Origin: Cyanobacteria bacterium J06626_4
GTDB taxonomy: Bacteria > Cyanobacteriota > Cyanobacteriia > Phormidesmidales > Phormidesmidaceae
Length of the DNA: 27,065 nucleotides
Assembly: GCA_038523235.1 (NCBI GenBank)
Contig: JBCBJQ010000080.1
Location: 1 to 27,065, forward strand
Direction of reading: 5' to 3'
Shown: positions 16,803 to 26,170 of the stretch, piece after piece
How positions within the stretch are numbered: position 1 is the stretch's first letter
Layout: each line of letters starts with the position of its first letter
Translations under genes and position numbers: made by a program
Notes under the pieces: generated by a model
What the model saw: the letters and a program-made list of their open reading frames with translations, nothing else
Told to the model about the DNA's origin: nothing
The model's database searches: none

Positions 16803-19166
16803 CTAATCATCTTTGAAATGAGCCTCCAACATGGCTTCTGCCTTATCTGGCGTTAACGGCTTCGAGAACCAATAGCCCTGCCCAAAAACACAGCCCTGCT
16901 CCAGCAAAAATTGAGCCTGATGACTGGTCTCAATTCCTTCTGCGACCACCTCAATATCAAGGTTTTTGCCGAGGGCCAAAATCGTTTTAATGATCTCTTG
17001 GTTGTTGGGGTTGTTGTCTAGATGAGAAACAAAGGATTTATCAATCTTCAGCACGTCATTGGGAAATCGCAATAAATAGCTCAAAGACGAATAGCCCGTG
17101 CCAAAGTCATCCATTGCCACTTGAATGCTTTTTGATTTGAGCTGCCGGAGCGTTGCCAGTGATGTGATTTCATTTTCCATCAGTGCACTCTCAGTGATCT
17201 CAACCCGCAGATGACGGCAATCAACCCCAGTGCTGTGTAGAATTTTCTCAATCTGAGCCATGAGGTCGGTTTGCACAAACTGTTTGGCTGACAGATTGAT
17301 GCTGATATTCCAGCTCTGCATCGCCTCTGGCCAGCGCTGCAGCCATTGACGCCATTGTTGACAGGCGGCCTGAATGACCCACTGCCCAATCGGGATAATC
17401 AGCCCGGTACGTTCAGCCACGGGAATAAACGCATCTGGAGCTTGGAGCCCTCTGATCGGATCATGCCATCGAATCAGCGCCTCAAAGCCACACACTTGGT
17501 GGCTTGGCAAGTGTACGATGGGCTGATAAACCAGATAAAACTCACCCTGGTCAAACGCTCGCCGCAGATCGTTCTCTAGTTGCAGGCGTTGCTTCACCTC
17601 AGTATGCATGGCCCCGTCAAACATCTGATAGCTATTGCGCCCCTTATCTTTGGCCTGATACATGGCGGTGTCAGCATCGCGCAAAAACTGAGCCGCGTCG
17701 TTGTAAGTGGGGGCATCAATCACAATGCCAATGCAAGAGCTAATAAAAATTGCTTGAGATTCTAGAACAATTGATTGCTTGAGAACGGTCTGAATATTTT
17801 CGACGACGGCCAGGATATCTTCGATCTGCTCAATATCTTCGAGCAAAATGGCAAACTCATCGCCACTGGTGCGCGCTAAGGTATCGCCAACCCGCAAGCA
17901 TTGACCGAGGCGAGCCGCCACCACTTGGAGCAAAAAGTCGCCAGCATCATGACCCAGACTGTCATTCACAATGCGAAAATCATCTAAATCGAGAAACAAG
18001 ACGGCAAAGCTGCCGAGCAAGAAGTCGTTCTCTGCATCTTGATTGCGGCGGGCAATTTGCCGGGCATGGTTAAGGCGATCTAAAAAGAGGGCGCGATTGG
18101 GTAACCCGGTCAAGGCATCGTGAAAGGCATCGTGGCGTAGTTGCTCTTCGATGCGACGACGCTGCTCGATTTCGCCTTGTGCTTGGGCGTACAGGTTAGA
18201 TTGATAAATGGCGATCGCGCATTGCTCAGCCACCGTTTGAATTAGCGAAACTTCAATCGCCTGCCAGGGACGATAGCCGGTGTTTTGGTGAAGAACTAAA
18301 GCTCCGAAAAATTCTTTCTGATAATTCAGCGGCGTTAGCAAGACCGACTGCAGCTGGTACTTCCTCAAAATCTCAGCGACTGCTGCTGGCATGTCAGCAT
18401 CTGACTGGTGCAGCACCACCGCCTGTCCCGCCTTGAGTACCGCTTCGTAATGCAGGCAGATCTGACAAAATTTGAAGCGGAAACTCTCCGCCTCCGCATC
18501 TATTGAACTCGCATACTGGACCTGCATGGATTGATGGGCCGTGGGCTGCACAAATAAGCAGCGGCTCACTTCCAGAGCAGCCTGTAGCTGGTCGACAGTG
18601 GTCTGCAAGACCTCTTCTAGAATCAGCGTTTCGCGAATGGCCTGAACAATCCGATTAATGATTGACTCCCGCCAAGCCTGTTGCTCGACTTGAGCGATCG
18701 CGGCTTGCTGTTGACGTTTAAGTTCGGCTTCATCTAGAGCCCGGCGCAAAACCGTCGGCAGACGATACAGCCGATCTTTTAAGACATAGTCCGTCATGCC
18801 TGTTTTGATGCAGTCGACCGCCGCTTCTTCTCCCAAGCTGCCAGTCACCAAAATGAAGGGAGTTAGAGGCTGATACTCACTCACTAAGCGAAAAACATCT
18901 GGCGCCTGGAGCCCTGGTAAGCGATAGTCGGCTAGCACCGCATCAAACGATTCGTCACTCAGGAGTTGCCGGCACGGCTCTAAAGCATCGGCAACTTGAA
19001 TTTCGTAGTCAACGTCACCCGCATCTAACGACAGCGCAATTAACTCGACATCTTCGGCAACATCTTCAACCACCAGCAACCGCAACCGAGATGAAGCCGG
19101 GGTAGCGACTCCGGTTTCAGAAATATCGGTAACAACTCTCGGAGCCGAGAAGAAACAATTCGCCAT
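16803..19166 (-). CDS. REC-GAF-GGDEF-EAL c-di-GMP synthase/phosphodiesterase
   Basis: REC (VVED, LADY, YVLK), GAF (W...E..L...A.Q.AIAI), HDALTGLPNR, RxxD I-site (RVGD) five residues before SGDEF, then FEAL, DDFGTGYSSL, KIDKSF, AEGIET and QG. Confidence 0.95.
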   Translation of the reverse strand: MANCFFSAPRVVTDISETGVATPASSRLRLLVVEDVAEDVELIALSLDAGDVDYEIQVADALEPCRQLLSDESFDAVLADYRLPGLQAPDVFRLVSEYQPLTPFILVTGSLGEEAAVDCIKTGMTDYVLKDRLYRLPTVLRRALDEAELKRQQQAAIAQVEQQAWRESIINRIVQAIRETLILEEVLQTTVDQLQAALEVSRCLFVQPTAHQSMQVQYASSIDAEAESFRFKFCQICLHYEAVLKAGQAVVLHQSDADMPAAVAEILRKYQLQSVLLTPLNYQKEFFGALVLHQNTGYRPWQAIEVSLIQTVAEQCAIAIYQSNLYAQAQGEIEQRRRIEEQLRHDAFHDALTGLPNRALFLDRLNHARQIARRNQDAENDFLLGSFAVLFLDLDDFRIVNDSLGHDAGDFLLQVVAARLGQCLRVGDTLARTSGDEFAILLEDIEQIEDILAVVENIQTVLKQSIVLESQAIFISSCIGIVIDAPTYNDAAQFLRDADTAMYQAKDKGRNSYQMFDGAMHTEVKQRLQLENDLRRAFDQGEFYLVYQPIVHLPSHQVCGFEALIRWHDPIRGLQAPDAFIPVAERTGLIIPIGQWVIQAACQQWRQWLQRWPEAMQSWNISINLSAKQFVQTDLMAQIEKILHSTGVDCRHLRVEITESALMENEITSLATLRQLKSKSIQVAMDDFGTGYSSLSYLLRFPNDVLKIDKSFVSHLDNNPNNQEIIKTILALGKNLDIEVVAEGIETSHQAQFLLEQGCVFGQGYWFSKPLTPDKAEAMLEAHFKDD

Positions 19167-19191
19167 AAATGCAGAGATTCCTAGCCTGCCT

Positions 19192-19650
19192 TCATAATTC
19201 CCGTGGGGGATTTGAAATAAGAGGAGGGTGATTAATCGTCATCCAGTAGCCTCCAATACACTTAGCGAACTCTTGAAAGCGCTGGAAATCGAGAGGCTTT
19301 ACCGCATAGCTATTAACGCCCAAATTGTAACAAGCTTCCAGATCGCTATCTTCGGAGGAGGAGGACATGATGATCACTGGCAGATGCTGAGTCCTCCCAT
19401 TTTGGCGAATGGCTCGCAGAACTTCAATCCCCGTACGTTTGGGCAGCTTGAGATCCATCAGGACAAAGCGGGGCAGCGCGGCGACGGGCGCCTGTTCGGC
19501 TGAACCGATGAGATATTGGATGGCTTGGGCCCCGTCGGTTAAGACATCTAAGGTGCGAATGACGGTGAGATCCGCGATCGCCAGCTGCACTAGCTCAATA
19601 TCGTTAGGATCGTCATCAACAAGCAACATTTTGCGAGAATCAATAGTCAT
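19192..19650 (-). CDS. Single-domain response regulator (Rcp1-like)
   Basis: LLVDDDPND, LMDLKLP, MSSS, Y.LGVNSY.VKP and YW. Confidence 0.93.
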   Translation of the reverse strand: MTIDSRKMLLVDDDPNDIELVQLAIADLTVIRTLDVLTDGAQAIQYLIGSAEQAPVAALPRFVLMDLKLPKRTGIEVLRAIRQNGRTQHLPVIIMSSSSEDSDLEACYNLGVNSYAVKPLDFQRFQEFAKCIGGYWMTINHPPLISNPPREL

Positions 19651-19777
19651 TGTTAAATCTACAGGACGATTTGGTCAGGAAGCGTCCTCGGAGTAGGCCG
19701 CTGGCAGCTAGCTGCAGCAGTCACTCTCTAGGCTGATGCTCAACCCCACACCTCATCAAAGTGCGAGGCGCAAGATT

Positions 19778-19793
19778 TGTACTTTTTTATACA
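19778..19793. promoter_or_regulatory. Putative NtcA-binding site (TGTA-N8-TACA)
   Basis: TGTACTTTTTTATACA, about 130 bp upstream of the response regulator start. Confidence 0.5.
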
Positions 19794-19986
19794 CGAACAA
19801 TACAGAAATTCCGCAATTTCAGATGTTTTCTATCACAGAGCGCGACAGCAATGCGGGATCAATCAGCCTCAGATAAGTTACTCAGAGGGAACACAAGATC
19901 AATGTCCCCATATCCTCTGGCAACTGTCCATCTATCTGACACTTACGCAAAAAGCTTCATACATAGACAGAATTTTCTTTATAAAA

Positions 19987-20000
19987 GTACTTTTGGATAC
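19987..20000. promoter_or_regulatory. Second putative NtcA-binding site (GTA-N8-TAC)
   Basis: GTACTTTTGGATAC(A), 13 of 15 positions identical to the site at 19779. Confidence 0.45.
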
Positions 20001-20169
20001 ATCACCCCTCAGTGTCGGTTGTTATGCCCAGCGTCACTTTGACCACGTCGCTCGGGATAGCTGAGAGGGTGATCTGGTCAGCTTGACAATTCGGACTGCC
20101 ATAGCACGCCGCAGTTTGATTCGGTCAATCCAGATACCTGAAACCACCATCTGACAGGCTTTTTGACTC

Positions 20170-20197
20170 CGACTTCTGACTTCTACATTCCGACTTC
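20170..20197 (+). repeat. Heptamer tandem repeat (STRR-like, YGACTTC x4)
   Basis: cgacttc tgacttc tacattc cgacttc. Confidence 0.6.
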
Positions 20198-20324
20198 TGC
20201 TATACCTCTGCACGCTGTCGGGCTTAGCCCTTCTCATCGGGAATGCGGCCATCGCGATGCCATGCCGAAGAGTTCAGGAGTAAAGGGGGGAGCCGATTGG
20301 TGATCTGATTTCAGAGTCGTGGCA

Positions 20325-21431
20325 TTAGCCGGCCAGTCGGCCAGACTGCACGGTCAACACCTGGGACGTCTTGAGCCATTCAGCATCAAACAGCCCTAAA
20401 TGGGTAGTCGTAATCAGGGTTTGAAAGCGATCGCCAATGGCCTCTAGCAGCTGGTTTTGGCGATTCAAATCAAGCTCGGCCAACACGTCATCCAGCAATA
20501 GCAGGGGCGGCTCACCGACGACCGATTCGATCAGTTCTAGTTCCGCCAGCTTCAGGGCTAAAACCAGGGTGCGCTGTTGGCCCTGAGAGCCATACTGGCG
20601 GGCGGGCGTCGAGTTGATGGTGAAGTCAATATCATCACGATGGGGGCCGACCAGGGAAGTGAGCTGATGCCGTTCGGCGATCGCCCGCTGCTGAATTTTG
20701 TCTAAAAAAGCCGCTTGAATTAAACTCGGATCGTCTTCGCTTAAGGGCACATTGGGCGCATAGCTCAGGATGAGCTGCTCGGTAGCCCCACTGATGGCAC
20801 TGTGCCACCTTTGAGCGATGGGGACGAGCCGGGCCAGGCCGCGCGATCGCCGCCGAATCACCCGCGTACCCAGGGCGGCCAGTTGAGCATCCCAGAGGGC
20901 TAATTGAGCTGGGTCGGGTGTCCCCGTCTCGCGTTTGAGCAAAGCGTTGCGCTGCTTTAATGCCTGCTGATACTGGCTCAGAATGTAGGCGTAAATCGGT
21001 TCTAGCTGCATCAACAGCGTATCGAGCCAGGTGCGCCGTTCGCCCGGTCCCCCGCGCACCAGATCTAAATCCAAGCTCGAGAATTGCACCGCATTGAGGG
21101 CCCCTAAAAAATCCATCTGTCGCCGCAGCTTTTCGCCACTGCGCATGGCTGTGCGTCGCCCTTTGTCGCGCAGTACGAGGGCTAAATCGGCGTATCCGAC
21201 CGCCCGGCTAACTGCCGCCACAATTTGTGCACTGCTTCGTCCCGCTTGAATTAGGTCGCGATCGCGACGGGTGCGGTGGGATTTCAGCGTGGCCAGCAGT
21301 TCCACCGATTCCAGCAGGTTTGATTTGCCTTGAGCATTGGCGCCCATCAAAATTGTTTTGGGCGCTGTGAACTCAACCTGCTGCGTTTCATAGTTGCGAA
21401 AATGCCGCAGTTCTAGCGTTTTGAGGAACAT
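20325..21431 (-). CDS. recF: DNA replication/repair protein RecF
   Basis: [30 protein letters not shown] and [11 protein letters not shown]. Confidence 0.98.
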   Translation of the reverse strand: MFLKTLELRHFRNYETQQVEFTAPKTILMGANAQGKSNLLESVELLATLKSHRTRRDRDLIQAGRSSAQIVAAVSRAVGYADLALVLRDKGRRTAMRSGEKLRRQMDFLGALNAVQFSSLDLDLVRGGPGERRTWLDTLLMQLEPIYAYILSQYQQALKQRNALLKRETGTPDPAQLALWDAQLAALGTRVIRRRSRGLARLVPIAQRWHSAISGATEQLILSYAPNVPLSEDDPSLIQAAFLDKIQQRAIAERHQLTSLVGPHRDDIDFTINSTPARQYGSQGQQRTLVLALKLAELELIESVVGEPPLLLLDDVLAELDLNRQNQLLEAIGDRFQTLITTTHLGLFDAEWLKTSQVLTVQSGRLAG

Positions 21432-21490
21432 GAACGCCGCCAGTTACCCTCCATCCTTTCGATACAGGGTAAGGCACTGAGTTCGGTTTC

Positions 21491-22540
21491 TCACGTTTGG
21501 TCACTGGACGGACAGTCGGCTAATGCTAAAAAAGTAGCTTTTTCGACCAGCAGCTGAGCGGCGGCGGTGGCACTGTGTCCCGTCACATCAATTTGAGGAA
21601 TGACCTGCTCGCGTCGGTCAAGATCGTAACGATAGGCGCGATCGTAGTAATCCAGCATGATCTTGCAGACTTCGCGGGGAGCCTCCTGACGAATCAGGGC
21701 GATTGCCTGCTGGGTGCGCTGTCCGCCCAGCCGTTTACGAATGCGTTCGGTGGCGGCAATCAGTTCGGCGCGATCGGTTTGACCATACACTTCCACCAAA
21801 ATATCCAAGCGCTCGGCTTCTGGGCGCACGATCTCCAGGGTGGGGGCGGCTTCCATCTGCTGAAATAGCTCTGGAGGCACGCAGCAGGTGCCCACCCGGC
21901 GGCTCTCGGCCTCAATCCACAGACGACGGGTGGGGTCGAGGGTCGCGAGGCGATCGCCAAGCAAATTCTCAAACTGCTCAGTGCTGGGTTGCGGGGGTAG
22001 GTCAAGGTTGCCAAAGCTGCTGCCTCGATGATTGGCACATCCCTCTAAATCCAAGACCTGCTCTCCTAAAGCGGCGAGGGCATGCAAGATTTGAGTTTTG
22101 CCGGTGCCGGTCATGCCGCCCAGAACGATGATCCGGCGTGGCGTGGTGAAGGTCTGCCGCACCCACCGCCGAAAGGCCTTATAGCCCCCCACCAAGGTCG
22201 TGACCTGAAAGCCCGCCAGTTGTAGGCCCCAGGCAACACCGCCGCTACGCATGCCCCCCCGCCAGCAGTGCACCCGCACCGTTTTATCGGGGGCGATCGC
22301 CCGCGCTTGTCGCACCATGCCCCCTAATTTTGGCCCCAGCAGCTCAAACCCCAGCTCGACCGCCGCATCTCGACCCTGACGTTTGTAGCAGGTGCCGACC
22401 TGAGCCCGTTCCGCATCGTCAAATAAGGGATAGCTAATCGCCTCTGGCATCCGTCCCTGGTCATATTCACCAGGACTGCGGACATCTAACAGCGGTCCTG
22501 GTGCTGCTAAAAAGTCATTAATTTCGAGCCGTTTTACCAT
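21491..22540 (-). CDS. mnmH: tRNA 2-selenouridine synthase (MnmH/SelU)
   Basis: Rhodanese domain DVRSP.E and CWRGGMRS, P-loop GMTGTGKT, DLE..ANHRGS.FG, E.ESRRVG and YYD..Y. Confidence 0.96.
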   Translation of the reverse strand: MVKRLEINDFLAAPGPLLDVRSPGEYDQGRMPEAISYPLFDDAERAQVGTCYKRQGRDAAVELGFELLGPKLGGMVRQARAIAPDKTVRVHCWRGGMRSGGVAWGLQLAGFQVTTLVGGYKAFRRWVRQTFTTPRRIIVLGGMTGTGKTQILHALAALGEQVLDLEGCANHRGSSFGNLDLPPQPSTEQFENLLGDRLATLDPTRRLWIEAESRRVGTCCVPPELFQQMEAAPTLEIVRPEAERLDILVEVYGQTDRAELIAATERIRKRLGGQRTQQAIALIRQEAPREVCKIMLDYYDRAYRYDLDRREQVIPQIDVTGHSATAAAQLLVEKATFLALADCPSSDQT

Positions 22541-24819
22541 GACTCGATTGTAATAGGCGACTCTGCCGGACGGGCCATTTCGACCCGACCGATACCAGTG
22601 GCGGCACTGTAGCCTAACTGCCGCAAGTGGGCCACACAGTCGACGGCGAGATCGCCGGGCACGGTGGCTAACAAGCCGCCCGCCGTTTGCGGATCAAACA
22701 AGATGGGATAGTCGGGCCGTCCTGCATAGGTAGAAGCATTCTGCAGCGATCTCGCTGCCTGCAGATTCTGCGGCTGTAGAGAACTAACAATGCCCTGCCG
22801 TAACGTTTCCCGTGCTCCCGAGAGGAGGGGCAAGTCCTGTAAAGTCAAGGCCACGGTAACTTGAGAGGCCGTCACCATTTCCAGCAGATGGCCCAGCAGC
22901 CCAAAACCGGTGACGTCGGTACAAGCGGTCACGTCGTGCTGCTGCAAACAGCGGAGGGCCGTCGTACTGGGCTGAATCATGTGAGCGATCGCGGCTTCAA
23001 TCCAGCGGCCTTTGGCTTGGTAGCGCATGTCAGCAGCGAACAAGGTGCCCGTGCCCAACGGCTGCGTCAAAATCAAGACATCACCCACCTGCATCCCCTG
23101 CTTGCGCAGCACCGCATCGGGCGTGACCCAGCCGTTGCAGGCAAGGCCCAAGGCCAGCTGCTCCCCACTGGTTGTGTGACCGCCCACAAGGGGAACTTGG
23201 GCGGAAAGCAGGGCTTTTTGTAGTCCCGAGAGCAGCTGAAACAGCGTTTCAGACTGTTTGTCCGCGATGGCGTGAGGCAGGGTGGCGATCGCCAACACCG
23301 ACTGCGGCGTCGCCCCCATAGCATAGAGGTCGTTGAGGCAGTGCTTCACCACAATCTGCGCAAACACAAAGGGATCGTTCACCAGGGCCGGAAAGAAATC
23401 AACGCTGTGCACCATCAACTGGCCCGGCAGTGCTTGCACGACGGCGGCATCGTCCGGGGCGTTTAGCCCAATGATGACGTCTTCAGCCAGGGGATCGGGC
23501 AGCCTTGGGCCGGACTGCTGCAGTCTTTGCAGTGTCTTATGCAGCACATCGCTGGCGACTTTCGAGCCGCAGCCTGCACACGGCATCGGAGCCGAGGCTG
23601 GCGAGATCGCGCCTGTCCCTGAAGCCACAGCGGTGGCCGGTGGCATGGTCGGAAAATCGGTGAATAGCCCCATAAACTTGCGGTCGATGCGATCTTTCCA
23701 TCGGCGCATGAGCCGTGATTCGAGAGTGAATGGCCCTCGCGAGGCAATCGCATGACCGCTGCCCAGGTCAATAATGTTGAGATATTGTTTTTGGGGCTGA
23801 AAGGGCCGCAAAGGCTGCCCCGTCAGGTAAGCCTGCAGGTTATGGAATAGGGGTTTGCCCTGGCGCACCGCAAACACCCCGGCTTTCGGTCGAGGATGAT
23901 GTTTCATCGTGGCCACATCCCCCACGGCAAAAATCGCCGGATGGGCACAGCTCTGGAGCGTGTCTTCCACCAATACAAAACCCGACTCATCAATGGACAG
24001 GCCCGATGCTCGTACCCAATCTGGAGCCGCCGCATTAGTCACCCAAAAGACGCGATCGCAGTCAATGACCAATCCTGATTCACAGCGCACTTGCCGCTGC
24101 CCCTCTGACCGCGCTTCAATAGCGCACACCGACTCTGACAAATGCAGTTGCACTCCGCGCTCGACAAAATGCTGGTGCAATCGCCGACGAGTAGTGCGAT
24201 TGCGACCGTTGGCCACCTCAGCCCCCCGATGAAAGAGATGCATCGATAGGTCTTGGCGCGATCGCCCCGCCGCCTCTAACACTTGCCACAGGCGATGCTG
24301 CATATTGAGCGTCAGTTCGACCCCACCGACCCCGCCCCCTACCACCGCGACAGCGACGGGCGCAGTTGAGTGACGCACCTGCGTTAGCAAGGCCTCCCAA
24401 GCTGACAGCAAATCGGGCACGGGCTTGGCCGGAATCGCATAGGCTGCGGCCCCCGGTACGTCTAGCGTCGCCGGGGTGCTCCCCGTATCAATCGACAGCA
24501 CATCAAAGGCCACGGGAGGATGGTGGGCGCAAATTACCTGTTGATTGACCGTATCGATGCCAATTGCGCGATCCATCAATAGTTGACACTGGGCAAATTG
24601 GCTCAGAGGTCGCAGGTCGATGTGCGACTCATCAAAGTCATAGAGCCCCGAAATGTGGCAGGGCAGCATCCCGGAATAGGGGGTGTCGGTCAGATTAGTG
24701 ATGAGCGTCAGCCGCACCCCTGGCAGCGGCTGCATGCCAAATTTTCGGAGGGCGATCGCATGGGTATGCCCACCGCCTAAAAACACCAAATCCTTCACAA
24801 TCGGTTGCGCCACCGGCAT
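22534..24819 (-). CDS. selD: Selenophosphate synthetase SelD fused to an N-terminal FAD-dependent pyridine nucleotide-disulfide oxidoreductase domain
   Basis: N-terminal GGGHTH, YSGMLP, VVGGGVGGVE, FAVGD and PKAGVFAVRQG. C-terminal CAGCGSK, PDDAA, SVDFF, NDLYAMG, GGHT, DVTGFGLLGHL and DPQTAGGLL. Confidence 0.96.
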   Translation of the reverse strand: MPVAQPIVKDLVFLGGGHTHAIALRKFGMQPLPGVRLTLITNLTDTPYSGMLPCHISGLYDFDESHIDLRPLSQFAQCQLLMDRAIGIDTVNQQVICAHHPPVAFDVLSIDTGSTPATLDVPGAAAYAIPAKPVPDLLSAWEALLTQVRHSTAPVAVAVVGGGVGGVELTLNMQHRLWQVLEAAGRSRQDLSMHLFHRGAEVANGRNRTTRRRLHQHFVERGVQLHLSESVCAIEARSEGQRQVRCESGLVIDCDRVFWVTNAAAPDWVRASGLSIDESGFVLVEDTLQSCAHPAIFAVGDVATMKHHPRPKAGVFAVRQGKPLFHNLQAYLTGQPLRPFQPQKQYLNIIDLGSGHAIASRGPFTLESRLMRRWKDRIDRKFMGLFTDFPTMPPATAVASGTGAISPASAPMPCAGCGSKVASDVLHKTLQRLQQSGPRLPDPLAEDVIIGLNAPDDAAVVQALPGQLMVHSVDFFPALVNDPFVFAQIVVKHCLNDLYAMGATPQSVLAIATLPHAIADKQSETLFQLLSGLQKALLSAQVPLVGGHTTSGEQLALGLACNGWVTPDAVLRKQGMQVGDVLILTQPLGTGTLFAADMRYQAKGRWIEAAIAHMIQPSTTALRCLQQHDVTACTDVTGFGLLGHLLEMVTASQVTVALTLQDLPLLSGARETLRQGIVSSLQPQNLQAARSLQNASTYAGRPDYPILFDPQTAGGLLATVPGDLAVDCVAHLRQLGYSAATGIGRVEMARPAESPITIESW

Positions 24820-25157
24820 CCTTCACGTCTAGTCAGAGAACCCTCTCAGAATATCGACTTTAGCTGAGTACTCCGTGAGTGTCGCCGCAGCCGTAGCAGG
24901 AGAAATCGAGCTACGGGTCACGCTCAACCGTCGAAACTTGATAGATCAAGAAAACACTCGCCCCGGCAGCGCAGCGGTGATCGCGATCGCACTACACAGA
25001 AAGCAGCCACAAGCTTTTCAAGTCAAGGCTTCAGAGGCCTCAACACAAGAGCCTCACCCGAGAGATTATCCCCAGAGATGCCAGGCTCCTTGCCGGCTCC
25101 TGTGGTCTCCAGAATTCCGTGAGACATCGATAACAGCCAGTGGAACCGCCACATCAG

Positions 25158-25209
25158 ATTAATTTAGGATTAACCCAAAATTAACAGAAGCCTCTAATAT
25201 GGTTAACAT
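25158..25209 (+). promoter_or_regulatory. 11-bp-periodic TTAA direct repeats, Pho-box (SphR/PhoB)-like
   Basis: ATTAATTT (25158), ATTAACCC (25169), ATTAACAG (25180) and GTTAACAT (25202, two periods later). Confidence 0.5.
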
Positions 25210-25444
25210 GCCTTTTTGAGGGTGGAGCCGCATTCTAACCTAATCATCTTTCGGCTAGCCAGAATCAATGCCTAGAAAGAGTCTTCGAATGCTGTGGAAT
25301 CGTTAGTCATCCACAAAGTTTGCTGAATAGAAACGTTAGGCGAGTCGGCCGATTACCGTCTCGAATTCTCTCTTTTATCCACTCTTGGACAGATTTAATT
25401 CCTTTTGACAAATCAACCTTTTCATCTGACGTCGTTAAAACTAA

Positions 25445-26161
25445 ATGAGCGTAAAATCACTATTCTCTTGGGTGCTTTTTGGGAATGCATTAGCCGTTAT
25501 TTTGGCTCTAGTCATCTATCACCACGGTGGCAGAGATCATTTTGGCGAAAGAGGGTTCATCACATTTTTATCCACCTTCCAGCTACTGGCGATCGCCTGG
25601 TTATCGGATAAAACGGCCCAGATTCGCCGGACAAACCCAGGAACAGCCAACAATCAGAGTGCTTTGCTGTGGCGCATTATCGCTTGGGGATTCATCTTCT
25701 TGGCGGCTGATGAGTTTCTCGCGCTGCATGAAGTGACTGATCACTTTATCCATGACGTTTTCAATATCCAGGAAACCAGCTTCACGGATAGTATCGATGA
25801 TTTTATCGTGCTGCTTTACGGCATTTTCGGTGCTTGGATACTCTGGGTTAATCGGCTTGAGCTGAAACCTCACAAGCAAGCGATCGCCTTGTTAAAGCGA
25901 GCGTTTGTGCTTTTGTTTTTAATGATTGGGCTAGATTTTTTTGCCAATGGCCAAAAGTTGCTGGAACTATTTCTTGATCCCGCGACCGCCAATACTGTGC
26001 AATTTCACCTTTACCATTTAGAAGACTCTCTCAAGGTCTTTATCGAAGCCTTGCTGATTGTGGCTTTTTACTCAATTTTTAGAACGGTTGAGTCTCAACA
26101 AAAAAGGCTGGAACACTCCCAGAGAGCATCCCAGCCAGAACGAGCATTCACTCATCGCTGA
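25445..26161 (+). CDS. Uncharacterised multi-pass membrane protein
   Basis: 238-aa ORF with about six hydrophobic segments and the motifs FLAADEFLALHE and HLEDSLK. Confidence 0.8.
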   Translation: MSVKSLFSWVLFGNALAVILALVIYHHGGRDHFGERGFITFLSTFQLLAIAWLSDKTAQIRRTNPGTANNQSALLWRIIAWGFIFLAADEFLALHEVTDHFIHDVFNIQETSFTDSIDDFIVLLYGIFGAWILWVNRLELKPHKQAIALLKRAFVLLFLMIGLDFFANGQKLLELFLDPATANTVQFHLYHLEDSLKVFIEALLIVAFYSIFRTVESQQKRLEHSQRASQPERAFTHR

Positions 26162-26170
26162 GCAGCTGGC

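Noticed and set aside
19761..20252. Short ORFs in the spacer between the response regulator and recF
   Set aside because: They overlap, have no motifs, and sit in AT-rich promoter-like DNA. I saw no kinase remnant immediately upstream of the regulator.
21491..25162. Selenocysteine recoding or a selenoneine (senA/senB) cluster near selD
   Set aside because: SelD has Cys, I saw no in-frame TGA candidate, and no senA, senB, selA or selB is in the window. mnmH accounts for selD.
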